Assembly (NCBI GenBank): GCA_963668315.1
Contig: OY764216.1
Coordinates: 1,184,001-1,248,000 of the forward strand
From: Spirochaetia bacterium
Lineage (GTDB): Bacteria > Spirochaetota > Spirochaetia > DSM-2461
Length of the DNA: 64,000 bases
Direction of reading: 5' to 3'
Shown here in pieces: positions 8,572 to 19,138 of the stretch. How positions within the stretch are numbered: the first letter of the stretch is position 1; every line of letters starts with the position of its first letter. A model generated the notes under the pieces. It was not told where the DNA came from and did no database searches. It saw only the letters and a list, made by a program, of their open reading frames with translations. A program made the translations under genes and the position numbers.

Positions 8572-9648
8572 TTATTTGTCAGGATTGGGGATCATCAGAT
8601 CCCGTACGATGCCCACGAGCTCATGGTATCCGGCGATAAATCCCCGCAGGGTCCGGGCTGTGGCTCCGTATTGTTCGAACTCTTCGGGCTTCATGCCGTC
8701 CGGTTCATAGGCTCTTGTGAAGTCGGGGAACTTTTTATGGAGTTCCTCCAGGATGGCGGGATCGACGGGGTCGTCGATGGTGACTTTTACATCCACATCG
8801 CTTCCGTTGTATCTTTTCTGCCACTTGTAGGGAATGGTCTGTACGATATCGTCGCCGACGAGCTGGGACCAGTGAAGGTGATTTCTGTAGGCGGCTACGA
8901 GAAGACGGGTGCGGTATCCCTTTTCTTTATAAAGTCTGTAGGCGTTCTTGAAGGCGGCGACTCCGGCCCAATCCAGAGTGCCGGGATTGGTTATGATGTT
9001 TTCCTTCTCGGCGATAACCCTGAGCCAGTCGTCGAGGCGTCCCACCATGATCGTACATACGGGAATCATGTTGGACGTATCCTTGCCCTCCGCTTCCCTT
9101 CTTTTCAGACCGTTTTCAACGGCTTCGGCCACGGCCATAGCCTGGGGAACGGTAAAACAAACGGTAGCATTGATATTCACGCCCCGGTAGGTTGCCTCTT
9201 CGAAGGCTTTGATACCGGCGGCGGTGGTGGGCATTTTCACCATCATGTTGGGAGCCAGGGTGCTGAACTGTTCCGCCTGGTCGGCCATGGCGGCGGCGTT
9301 GCGGTAAAGCTGGGCGTTCGTCTGAATGGAAATCCGGCCCTTGAGGCCTTTTTCTTTATCGAAAACGGGTTTGAGAACTCCCGCTCCCTTTACAGCCATC
9401 TCTTCGATAAGCTTCCAGGCAATCTCTTCTTCTCCCGCTTCGGGCATCTCCTTGATGATTTCCTTGATGCGTCCTTCCCACTGGGGCATTTCCTTTTTAA
9501 GAACATTAAGAACGATAACGGGATTTGTCGTGGCGCCCGTGGCTCCATGGCTAATAGCGTATTCCAGCTCTTCCACAGAACAGGAATCATTCCACACTTC
9601 CATATCGCATATGGAAACAGATTTTTTTATTGGACTCATATCACCCAT
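8572..9648 (-). CDS. Transaldolase-family protein
   Basis: WND, GATTNP, Schiff-base Lys in VKMP, NATVCF, VGRLDDW. Confidence 0.85.
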   Translation of the reverse strand: MGDMSPIKKSVSICDMEVWNDSCSVEELEYAISHGATGATTNPVIVLNVLKKEMPQWEGRIKEIIKEMPEAGEEEIAWKLIEEMAVKGAGVLKPVFDKEKGLKGRISIQTNAQLYRNAAAMADQAEQFSTLAPNMMVKMPTTAAGIKAFEEATYRGVNINATVCFTVPQAMAVAEAVENGLKRREAEGKDTSNMIPVCTIMVGRLDDWLRVIAEKENIITNPGTLDWAGVAAFKNAYRLYKEKGYRTRLLVAAYRNHLHWSQLVGDDIVQTIPYKWQKRYNGSDVDVKVTIDDPVDPAILEELHKKFPDFTRAYEPDGMKPEEFEQYGATARTLRGFIAGYHELVGIVRDLMIPNPDK

Positions 9649-9698
9649 GATTAACTCCTCGTAAATATATTAAAGTCTTGGACCGATTGTCTAATTGT

Positions 9699-9727
9699 AT
9701 GATAATAGGAAAAAATGATTTTGTAAA
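9699..9727 (-). promoter_or_regulatory. Sigma70-like promoter of the transaldolase operon, overlapped by an operator-like motif (9687-9704)
   Basis: Minus strand TTTACA-N17-TATCAT. The motif TTGTCTAATTGTATGATA overlaps the -10 element. Confidence 0.5.
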
Positions 9728-9766
9728 GAGAAAAAAACATTTATTATCATAATATCAGACAAAGGT

Positions 9767-9802
9767 AAAAAAAGAGGGCCCGGGAGAATGAATCCCCTGG
9801 CC
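9767..9802 (-). terminator. Probable terminator after ridA
   Basis: GC-rich imperfect hairpin followed by a U-run on the minus strand. Confidence 0.55.
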
Positions 9803-9809
9803 CCGGTTT

Positions 9810-10190
9810 TTATTTTTTTCTGGCTATGACTTCAATTTCCACGAGAACATCTTTGGGGAGCCGGGCCACTTCCACGGCGGCTCTGGCGGGGTAGGGGGCT
9901 TCAAAAAAAGCACCGTAAACCTCATTCATCGCGGCGAAGGTATTCATATCCTTGAGAAATACCGTCGCTTTGAGAACGTCGGCCATGGTGCATCCCGCTT
10001 CTTCGAGAACGGCTCTGACATTTTTCAGGGAGCGTTCCGTCTGAACGGCTATATCTTCGCCGGCCAGGGCTCCCGTTTCGGGATCAAAGGGAATCTGTCC
10101 TGAGACAAAAACCAGGTCTCCCGATACGGTTCCCTGGGAATAGGGTCCGATGGCTCCGGGGGCGTTCTTTGTGGTAATAGCTTCTTTCAT
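9810..10190 (-). CDS. ridA: RidA (YjgF/YER057c/UK114) enamine/imine deaminase
   Basis: APGAIGPYSQG, SGQIP, PARAAVEVARLPKDVLVEIE. Start at 10190 behind a GGAGGA RBS. Confidence 0.9.
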   Translation of the reverse strand: MKEAITTKNAPGAIGPYSQGTVSGDLVFVSGQIPFDPETGALAGEDIAVQTERSLKNVRAVLEEAGCTMADVLKATVFLKDMNTFAAMNEVYGAFFEAPYPARAAVEVARLPKDVLVEIEVIARKK

Positions 10191-10360
10191 TCTGTTATCC
10201 TCCATTGATATCTTGTTGTGAACATTTTACTGCCCTTTTGGCGGCAGCGGGTATTAAATACATAATACTAACATATTTCCCTGTTTTTTAACCATATCAT
10301 AATGGTCCTGTATTAGGGTGGGCACAAGAGCGTCATAGACTGACGGCTCCGGGAGGTCCT

Positions 10361-11440
10361 ATGAAAAAGAGACTGGCCTTTTCCTGTGCGGGCGAAGGGT
10401 TCGGGCATATAGCCCGGATTGTGGCTCTGAGCGAGCAGCTGAGGAATCGGTTTGAATTGGTTTATTTTGTCCCCCAGTCGGTTCAGCCCTTTCTTTTTCG
10501 TCACCTGGGGGAGGTCCCCGTCATTACGATTCCCTCTTTTCAGTTTGTCCTCAGGAATCACGGCGTCGACTATTTCGAGACGGGCAAGGTGAATGCGGGG
10601 CATTTTCTGCATTTCAGAGAGATCACCGGCCGGATTCGGACGCAACTCAAGGAGTGGCAGATCGATGCTCTGGTCTGTGATTTCGAGCCCTTTGTCTCCC
10701 GGGCCGCTTCGGGAATGGGGCTGCCTCTTCTCAACCTGAACCATCCGGGAATCGTTCTGAAAACCCTTCCCCTGAGTCTAAACGGCATCGTCAGCAGGAG
10801 TGTGGCCCGATTTATGACCCCCCGGGCGCAGGATACCCTCTTCTGCTCTTTTTTCAACGGGGAAGTCGGGCCGATTATCCGCAGGGAAATACGGGAGAAG
10901 AGTCCCCGCCGTGAGGATTTTTTCCTCGTCTATACAAAAAAGGACTCCCGGGGAAAAGTCATCCATGCCCTGTCGGCATTTCCTGAATATACCTTTGAGA
11001 TCTTTCCCCGGGAGGGAGGGGATTTCGCCGACGCCCTGAGCCGCTGCAAGGGAATCATCGCCCCTGCCGGGCATCAGCTTCTTTCCGAAGCCCTGTATCT
11101 GGGTAAACCGGTTCTGGCCTTTCCCCAGAAAAACCAGTACGAACAGAAAATCAATGCCCGCATGCTGGAAAAGTCCGGCTACGGGATCCATGGGCGGTTC
11201 CATCGGATGAAAAAAGACATGGCAAGATTCTTCGGAAAAATCGAAGAACTGCCCGCCAGGCAGGATCGTTTTGAGAGATTCCAATTTACCGATGATACCG
11301 ATTATGTGGTGGACTATATCACCCGATTTGTCGAGACGCAGACCGCGGGCGAACCGTCAAAACTCTACCGCTACACCTACCTTGATACCCTTCAGGAGAA
11401 GTTTGAGGTTATCTCGCGGGAATTGAGAATTGAGAATTGA
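10361..11440 (+). CDS. Glycosyltransferase (GT-B, MJ1255/GT28-like)
   Basis: GEGFGHIAR, CDFEP, AGHQLLSEALYLGKP, QYEQKINA. Confidence 0.85.
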   Translation: MKKRLAFSCAGEGFGHIARIVALSEQLRNRFELVYFVPQSVQPFLFRHLGEVPVITIPSFQFVLRNHGVDYFETGKVNAGHFLHFREITGRIRTQLKEWQIDALVCDFEPFVSRAASGMGLPLLNLNHPGIVLKTLPLSLNGIVSRSVARFMTPRAQDTLFCSFFNGEVGPIIRREIREKSPRREDFFLVYTKKDSRGKVIHALSAFPEYTFEIFPREGGDFADALSRCKGIIAPAGHQLLSEALYLGKPVLAFPQKNQYEQKINARMLEKSGYGIHGRFHRMKKDMARFFGKIEELPARQDRFERFQFTDDTDYVVDYITRFVETQTAGEPSKLYRYTYLDTLQEKFEVISRELRIEN

Positions 11441-11447
11441 GAATTGA
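11420..11447 (+). repeat. Heptamer tandem repeat (GAATTGA)x4
   Basis: Read directly. It contains the stop codon of the glycosyltransferase. Confidence 0.95.
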
Positions 11448-11489
11448 GGCGGCCGGGATATTTCATTAGCCCTTTGTTTCAAGGGGGCT

Positions 11490-11846
11490 TTGATGAATAC
11501 TTGGAATATCAGGGAAAGGTGTCTGGAGTTTTCTGTTAGGATTGTCAAATTGGGATTTGCTCTGCAGAAAAAAGGCGGCATCTGCTTTATTTTTGCTGAT
11601 CAGATTGTAAAATCTGGAACATCTGTTGGAGCGAATCTCGAAGAGGCTCAGGGAGGTCAGAGTCGAAGAGATTTCATTGCCAAAATGTCCATTTCTCATA
11701 AAGAATCCCTGGAAACGGTCTATTGGCTGAAATTATTAATCAAAGCTGAGATCATGAAATCTGAAGAAATCTTCCCTCTTCTAAAAGAAGCCAATGAAAT
11801 TACCTCAATCTTAACAGCTATACTCAGGTCAACAAAAAAACATTAA
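11490..11846 (+). CDS. Four helix bundle protein (23S rRNA IVS protein / TIGR02436-like)
   Basis: QIVKSGTSVGANLEEAQGGQSRRDFIAKMSISHKESLETVYWL is the family signature. Low GC. Confidence 0.92.
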   Translation: MMNTWNIRERCLEFSVRIVKLGFALQKKGGICFIFADQIVKSGTSVGANLEEAQGGQSRRDFIAKMSISHKESLETVYWLKLLIKAEIMKSEEIFPLLKEANEITSILTAILRSTKKH

Positions 11847-11851
11847 TCCCA

Positions 11852-11882
11852 ATTCTTCATTCTTCATTCTTCATTCTTCATT
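11852..11882 (+). repeat. Heptamer tandem repeat (ATTCTTC)x4+
   Basis: Read directly. It is approximately complementary to the upstream heptamer array. Confidence 0.95.
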
Positions 11883-12800
11883 TAGATAAAGCGTGAGATC
11901 AGAAAAGCTGCCCTTAGCCCAATTTCTCTCTGCGGAACACCAGAGAAGTAAACTCCATCTCCGCAATCGCCTCGGGGGGATTTTCTCGATATGGCCCATC
12001 ATCTCCTCAAACGTCCGGTAACCGAACCGGCGGGTCACTTCTTCGAAGCCTTCCACATACATGAGGGCTTTTCCCGCGAATCCGCTGTCAAAGGGGCGGC
12101 TCTTCTCTAAGGTGAGGTTCTCGGCTGTATGGCGGATCTTCTCCAGAAGGGTCGGCCGGAACAGGGCCAGGGAGTGGGAAGAGAGAATGCCGGAGATTTC
12201 CTCCCGGCGGCGCAAAACCTTCTCTACGGTGTCCCGGTAAACCGGTAAAGAGGCCGATTCCCTGAGGAAGAGCCAGACGTGGCTGGAAAAGGAGTCGCCG
12301 CTGAGGAGTATTCCCGTTTTTCTATCCAGAAGACAGATGCCTCCCTGCGTATGTCCCGGTGTATGGATAATTTCCACATCCCGATTCCCCAGGGCAATCA
12401 CATCTCCGTCTCTGACGAGAGAAACCGGAGTCCCGCTCTTGCGGAAAAAGTCCGACCGGTGCTTTCTCTCTTTTCCGCTCAGGTTCTTTCGGCTTGCGAG
12501 GTAAATAAGAGTTTTGGTCCGGAGTGAAGAGTGCTGTTTCATGAGAGGAACATCTTTTTCGTGTATCATAGCCCCGTCGAAATACCGGTTTCCCATCATA
12601 TGGTCTATATGGCCATGGGTGTTGATCACCTGCAGGGGAAGATCGGTGACTTTGCGAACCAGGGCGGGCAGTTCTCCGAAGCCGAACCCCGTATCAATGA
12701 GGAGAGCCTTCGCGTCTCCCGCAATCAGCGTACAGAATACTCCCAGAGATTCATATATATGGTAAAGCCCGTCGTCGATTTCCGTAATTCGTCCGCTCAT
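11871..12800 (-). CDS. MBL-fold metallo-hydrolase (likely 1-nt frameshift near the 3' end; native stop probably 11914)
   Basis: LLIDTG, THGHIDHMMGN, HTPGHT, SGD. Confidence 0.85.
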   Translation of the reverse strand: MSGRITEIDDGLYHIYESLGVFCTLIAGDAKALLIDTGFGFGELPALVRKVTDLPLQVINTHGHIDHMMGNRYFDGAMIHEKDVPLMKQHSSLRTKTLIYLASRKNLSGKERKHRSDFFRKSGTPVSLVRDGDVIALGNRDVEIIHTPGHTQGGICLLDRKTGILLSGDSFSSHVWLFLRESASLPVYRDTVEKVLRRREEISGILSSHSLALFRPTLLEKIRHTAENLTLEKSRPFDSGFAGKALMYVEGFEEVTRRFGYRTFEEMMGHIEKIPPRRLRRWSLLLWCSAERNWAKGSFSDLTLYLNEE

Positions 12801-12810
12801 CCCGTTTCTC

Positions 12811-14664
12811 TCAGCCTTCCCGCTCCGCCAGCTCGGCCCAGCGCTCTTCCTTCGCCGGAATCAGCTCTTCGATCTCCTTGTACCGCTTCGTCGCTTCGGC
12901 CAGCTTTTCCGGATCGGTCTCGTTAACGAAAAGCACCTCGAGCCCGGCCTTCTCCTCTTCGAGGACCATAATCTCCTCGGTCAGGCTCTCCAGCTCCCGC
13001 TTCTCCTTGAAGTTCAGGCCCTTTTTCTCCCGGTTCACCTGTTTGCCCGCGGGGGGCTCCACTTTCCGGGCGGACAATTCCGCTTCCCGTTCCTCCTCCT
13101 TCCGGGCCTCCCGGTAGTCGGAGTAGTTCCCCGAGAATCCCAGAATCGCCCCGTCCCCTTTGAAGACGAAAAGGTAGTCGGTGGTGCGGTCCAGGAAAGC
13201 TCTGTCGTGGGAGACGATCAGCAGGCAGCCGTCGAACTTGTCCACGTAGTCTTCCAGAAGATCCAGCGTGTCCATATCCAGGTCGTTGGTGGGCTCGTCC
13301 AGAATCAGGAAATTGGGATTATCCATGAGAACCCGGGCCAGATAGAGGCGCCGCCGTTCCCCGCCGGAGAGACGCTTGATCTTCTGCCGGTGAATGGAAG
13401 AGGAGAAGAGGAACCGCTCCAGGTATCCCGAAGCGCTCACCTGGGAGCCGTCGGGCAGGGAAATGCGGTCGGAAACCTCACGGATGTAGTCGAGCAGGGT
13501 CACCTCGGGATTCATGGGACGGCTCATCTGGTCAAAGTAGCCGAAGTGGGTATTCACGCCCTTCTCGATCCGGCCCCCGTCGATGGGCAGACGCTCGGTG
13601 ATCAGGTCCAGAAAAGTCGTTTTCCCCGATCCGTTCGGACCGATAATGCCGATGCGCTCTCCCTTCTTGAACCGGTAGGTAAAGGGGGTTATTATCTGTC
13701 TCTCCCCGTAGCTCTTCTCCGCCTTGATCAGGTCGATGATCCGTTTGCCCAGCCGCCGGTTCCCCGAGGTGAACTCCGCCATCTGCTGCTGGACCTCCAC
13801 CCGGCTGTCCATCAGGTTCTCGATGTTCATCTTCCGTTTCTTGTCCTTGGTGGAACGGGCCTTGGGGCCCTGGGCCAGCCAGGCCAGCTCCATCTTGAGA
13901 ATCGCCTCGATCCGGTTCTGCTCCCGGGCCTCCCGGTCCAGCCGCTCCCGCTTCTTCTTCAGGGAGACGGAGAAATTCCCGGTGTACTTGTAAATCTTCT
14001 GCCGGTCCAGCTCCATAATCGTATTGCATACCGAGTCCAGGAAGTACCGGTCGTGGGTGACCATGACAAAGGCCGCCCGGGTCTTCCGCAGCCAGGTTTC
14101 CAGCCACTCGATCGTGTCGATGTCCAGGTGGTTGGTAGGCTCGTCCAGGAAGAGCAGGTTGGCCCCGCTCGCCATCATCCGGGCCATGGCCACCTTCTTC
14201 ACCATTCCGCCGGACAAAGTGCCCCCCTTCTGATCCGGATCGGTTATACCCAGCTCGGTCAGGTAGGAGAGGTACTCCTTCTCCAGGGTCCAGCACCCCT
14301 CGTGCTCCACCCGGTGGGTCAGCTCTTCCAGGTCGGGAGATCCGTCCGCCGCCGCCCGGTGATACTCCTTCAGAAGCTGAATCCGCGGATCGTCCGAGAG
14401 GTACAGCTGGTCCCGGATCGACGTGTCCGGCTCCAGCTTCGGCAGCTGCTCCAGCACGCTTATGCGCAGATCGTTATTCCGGGTGATTTCCCCCTCGTCG
14501 GCCTTAAGCCTCCCCGCGAGAATGTTCATCAGGGTGGATTTCCCCGCCCCGTTCGGCCCTATAAAGCCTATCTTATCGGTATGCTCGATCCCGAAAACCA
14601 CCTCGGAGAAAAGGGTCTGGTCCCGGACATGCTTGGCAACACCGTCAATTGACATGAGATTCAT
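12811..14664 (-). CDS. ABC-F family ATP-binding protein (Uup/YfmR-like)
   Basis: Two ABC domains (GPNGAGKST, GPNGSGKTT, DEPTNHLD, DEPTNDLD), no TM segments, C-terminal coiled coil ending ERWAEL. Confidence 0.93.
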   Translation of the reverse strand: MNLMSIDGVAKHVRDQTLFSEVVFGIEHTDKIGFIGPNGAGKSTLMNILAGRLKADEGEITRNNDLRISVLEQLPKLEPDTSIRDQLYLSDDPRIQLLKEYHRAAADGSPDLEELTHRVEHEGCWTLEKEYLSYLTELGITDPDQKGGTLSGGMVKKVAMARMMASGANLLFLDEPTNHLDIDTIEWLETWLRKTRAAFVMVTHDRYFLDSVCNTIMELDRQKIYKYTGNFSVSLKKKRERLDREAREQNRIEAILKMELAWLAQGPKARSTKDKKRKMNIENLMDSRVEVQQQMAEFTSGNRRLGKRIIDLIKAEKSYGERQIITPFTYRFKKGERIGIIGPNGSGKTTFLDLITERLPIDGGRIEKGVNTHFGYFDQMSRPMNPEVTLLDYIREVSDRISLPDGSQVSASGYLERFLFSSSIHRQKIKRLSGGERRRLYLARVLMDNPNFLILDEPTNDLDMDTLDLLEDYVDKFDGCLLIVSHDRAFLDRTTDYLFVFKGDGAILGFSGNYSDYREARKEEEREAELSARKVEPPAGKQVNREKKGLNFKEKRELESLTEEIMVLEEEKAGLEVLFVNETDPEKLAEATKRYKEIEELIPAKEERWAELAEREG

Positions 14665-14854
14665 GGGCGTAGTCTACTCTATTTGGGCGGCCCCGAACAA
14701 GCCCATGGCTTGCCCGGGCCGGGCTGTCCGGCGGTCCGCTGCCGCTTCCGTCCCCGGCTCCGCCGGCGACCCCTGCCGGGCGCCTCCCATCCCTGCCGCG
14801 CCGGCGGCAGTATAATTATACCGCTAATCCGGTACAAACATACTGGCCTGCCGA

Positions 14855-17920
<3,066 letters not shown>

Positions 17921-18005
17921 TTATTTCTCCTGAAGTGTTCTTATCTCAGTATTGGGTAATAAATGCTAATTGACAAGGGTTAGAATGTGGTTTATCAGGT
18001 AATAT

Positions 18006-18926
18006 ATGATGATTCGGAATAATGAAGAACGGCGTATCTTCCGCTCCTTTTCCTCGGGGGAGAGAGATGGATTGCTCTGTGCCGGGGAGATTTTCAAGCA
18101 AGGTGTCACCGATGATACGGTCAGGGCGAAATACCCCTTTTTCTGCCTGGTCCTGGTGCTGGAGGGCAGGGGAAGCTACAGTGATGACAGGGGGTATAAG
18201 TCAGATCTGCACAGGGGGATGGTTCTTCAGCGGCTTCCCGACAGAAAACATACCGTTCGGATTGACCCGGAGAGCATGTGGCATGAAGTCTTTATCGGGT
18301 TCGGGCAGATGGAGTATGGGGAGAAGGAATATTCCGGGGAAGAGAGGCCGGGGGATTTCTGGAAAGCCGATCTTCTTGCGCCCCGCTTCAACAAGACCTC
18401 GGATATCCTTCGGGCCCTCTCCCTGATGGATGTCACAAATCCCTGCTTCACCCTGTCCGGTGAGGATGCCCGTCTTGCGGGTGCGGTCAGATCCTTTGCC
18501 GAAAAACTGGAGCGGGCGGAGTCCGATCTGCTGCCGTTGCTGACCGGCGAAGCCATGGGGCTGTTCTCCCGGATCTGGCTGGCGGGGGAAAAGGGGGCGG
18601 GAAAACCCTTGGATCCCGTGTCCGAGGCAAGGAGGCTTCTGGAGGAACAGGCGGGGACGCGGTGCCCCGTGGAAAAGATCCTCAGCCCCCTCCCTCTGGG
18701 CTACGCCAGGCTGAGGGAACGGTTCCGGGAGGAGACCGGGATCAGTCCCGGAAGGTATCGTCTTCTCAAACGGATTGAGCTTGCCTGCTCCCTCCTTTCG
18801 GCCGACGGCAAGTCGTCCGGAGAGACGGCCCGGGTACTCGGGTATGATGATACTTCGTCTTTTTCCAAACAGTTCAGGGCCGTCATGGGACTGAGTCCCG
18901 GAGAGTATAAAAGGAGGCAGGAATAA
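18006..18926 (+). CDS. AraC-family transcriptional regulator, divergent from lacZ
   Basis: N-terminal cupin-like region; C-terminal GYDDTSSFSKQFRAVMGLSPGEYK. Confidence 0.9.
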   Translation: MMIRNNEERRIFRSFSSGERDGLLCAGEIFKQGVTDDTVRAKYPFFCLVLVLEGRGSYSDDRGYKSDLHRGMVLQRLPDRKHTVRIDPESMWHEVFIGFGQMEYGEKEYSGEERPGDFWKADLLAPRFNKTSDILRALSLMDVTNPCFTLSGEDARLAGAVRSFAEKLERAESDLLPLLTGEAMGLFSRIWLAGEKGAGKPLDPVSEARRLLEEQAGTRCPVEKILSPLPLGYARLRERFREETGISPGRYRLLKRIELACSLLSADGKSSGETARVLGYDDTSSFSKQFRAVMGLSPGEYKRRQE

Positions 18927-19138
18927 AGTCGAGAAATACCGATCTTTTTTAGCAAAACGGACTCTCCGGGGATTGATGAAACCTGATTAATACTGGATTA
19001 TGGACAAATGTCAAAATAGAGATACCCTGTGTGTCTCGTAAAAATTACCTATTATATAGCAAAAATGAGGGTTAAACCTCTTTTTTTATGCATTTATGAA
19101 AAACATATAATTATATAAATGTAAATGTGAGGAATTGC

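Noticed and set aside
5599..9648. Sulfoquinovose (sulfo-TAL/TK) pathway or bacterial microcompartment locus
   Set aside because: No sulfoquinovosidase, SQ isomerase, sulfonate exporter or shell proteins nearby, and a carboxyltransferase fits a carboxylate rather than a sulfonate product. Not formally excluded.
11490..11846. Diversity-generating retroelement (Avd-like protein)
   Set aside because: No reverse transcriptase and no TR/VR pair seen in the window.
11420..11882. CRISPR array
   Set aside because: These are 7-bp tandem units without spacers; no cas genes are present.
2630..14652. Long antisense ORFs (e.g. 2630-3778, 7262-8530, 8623-9654, 13207-14652; likewise 29365-30576, 43472-44524, 54469-55689)
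   Set aside because: They lie opposite well-supported genes, have no motifs, and are expected from codon bias in GC-rich DNA.
18927..19138. c-di-GMP riboswitch upstream of the MCP
   Set aside because: No GEMM-type motif recognised; the region is AT-rich promoter-like DNA.
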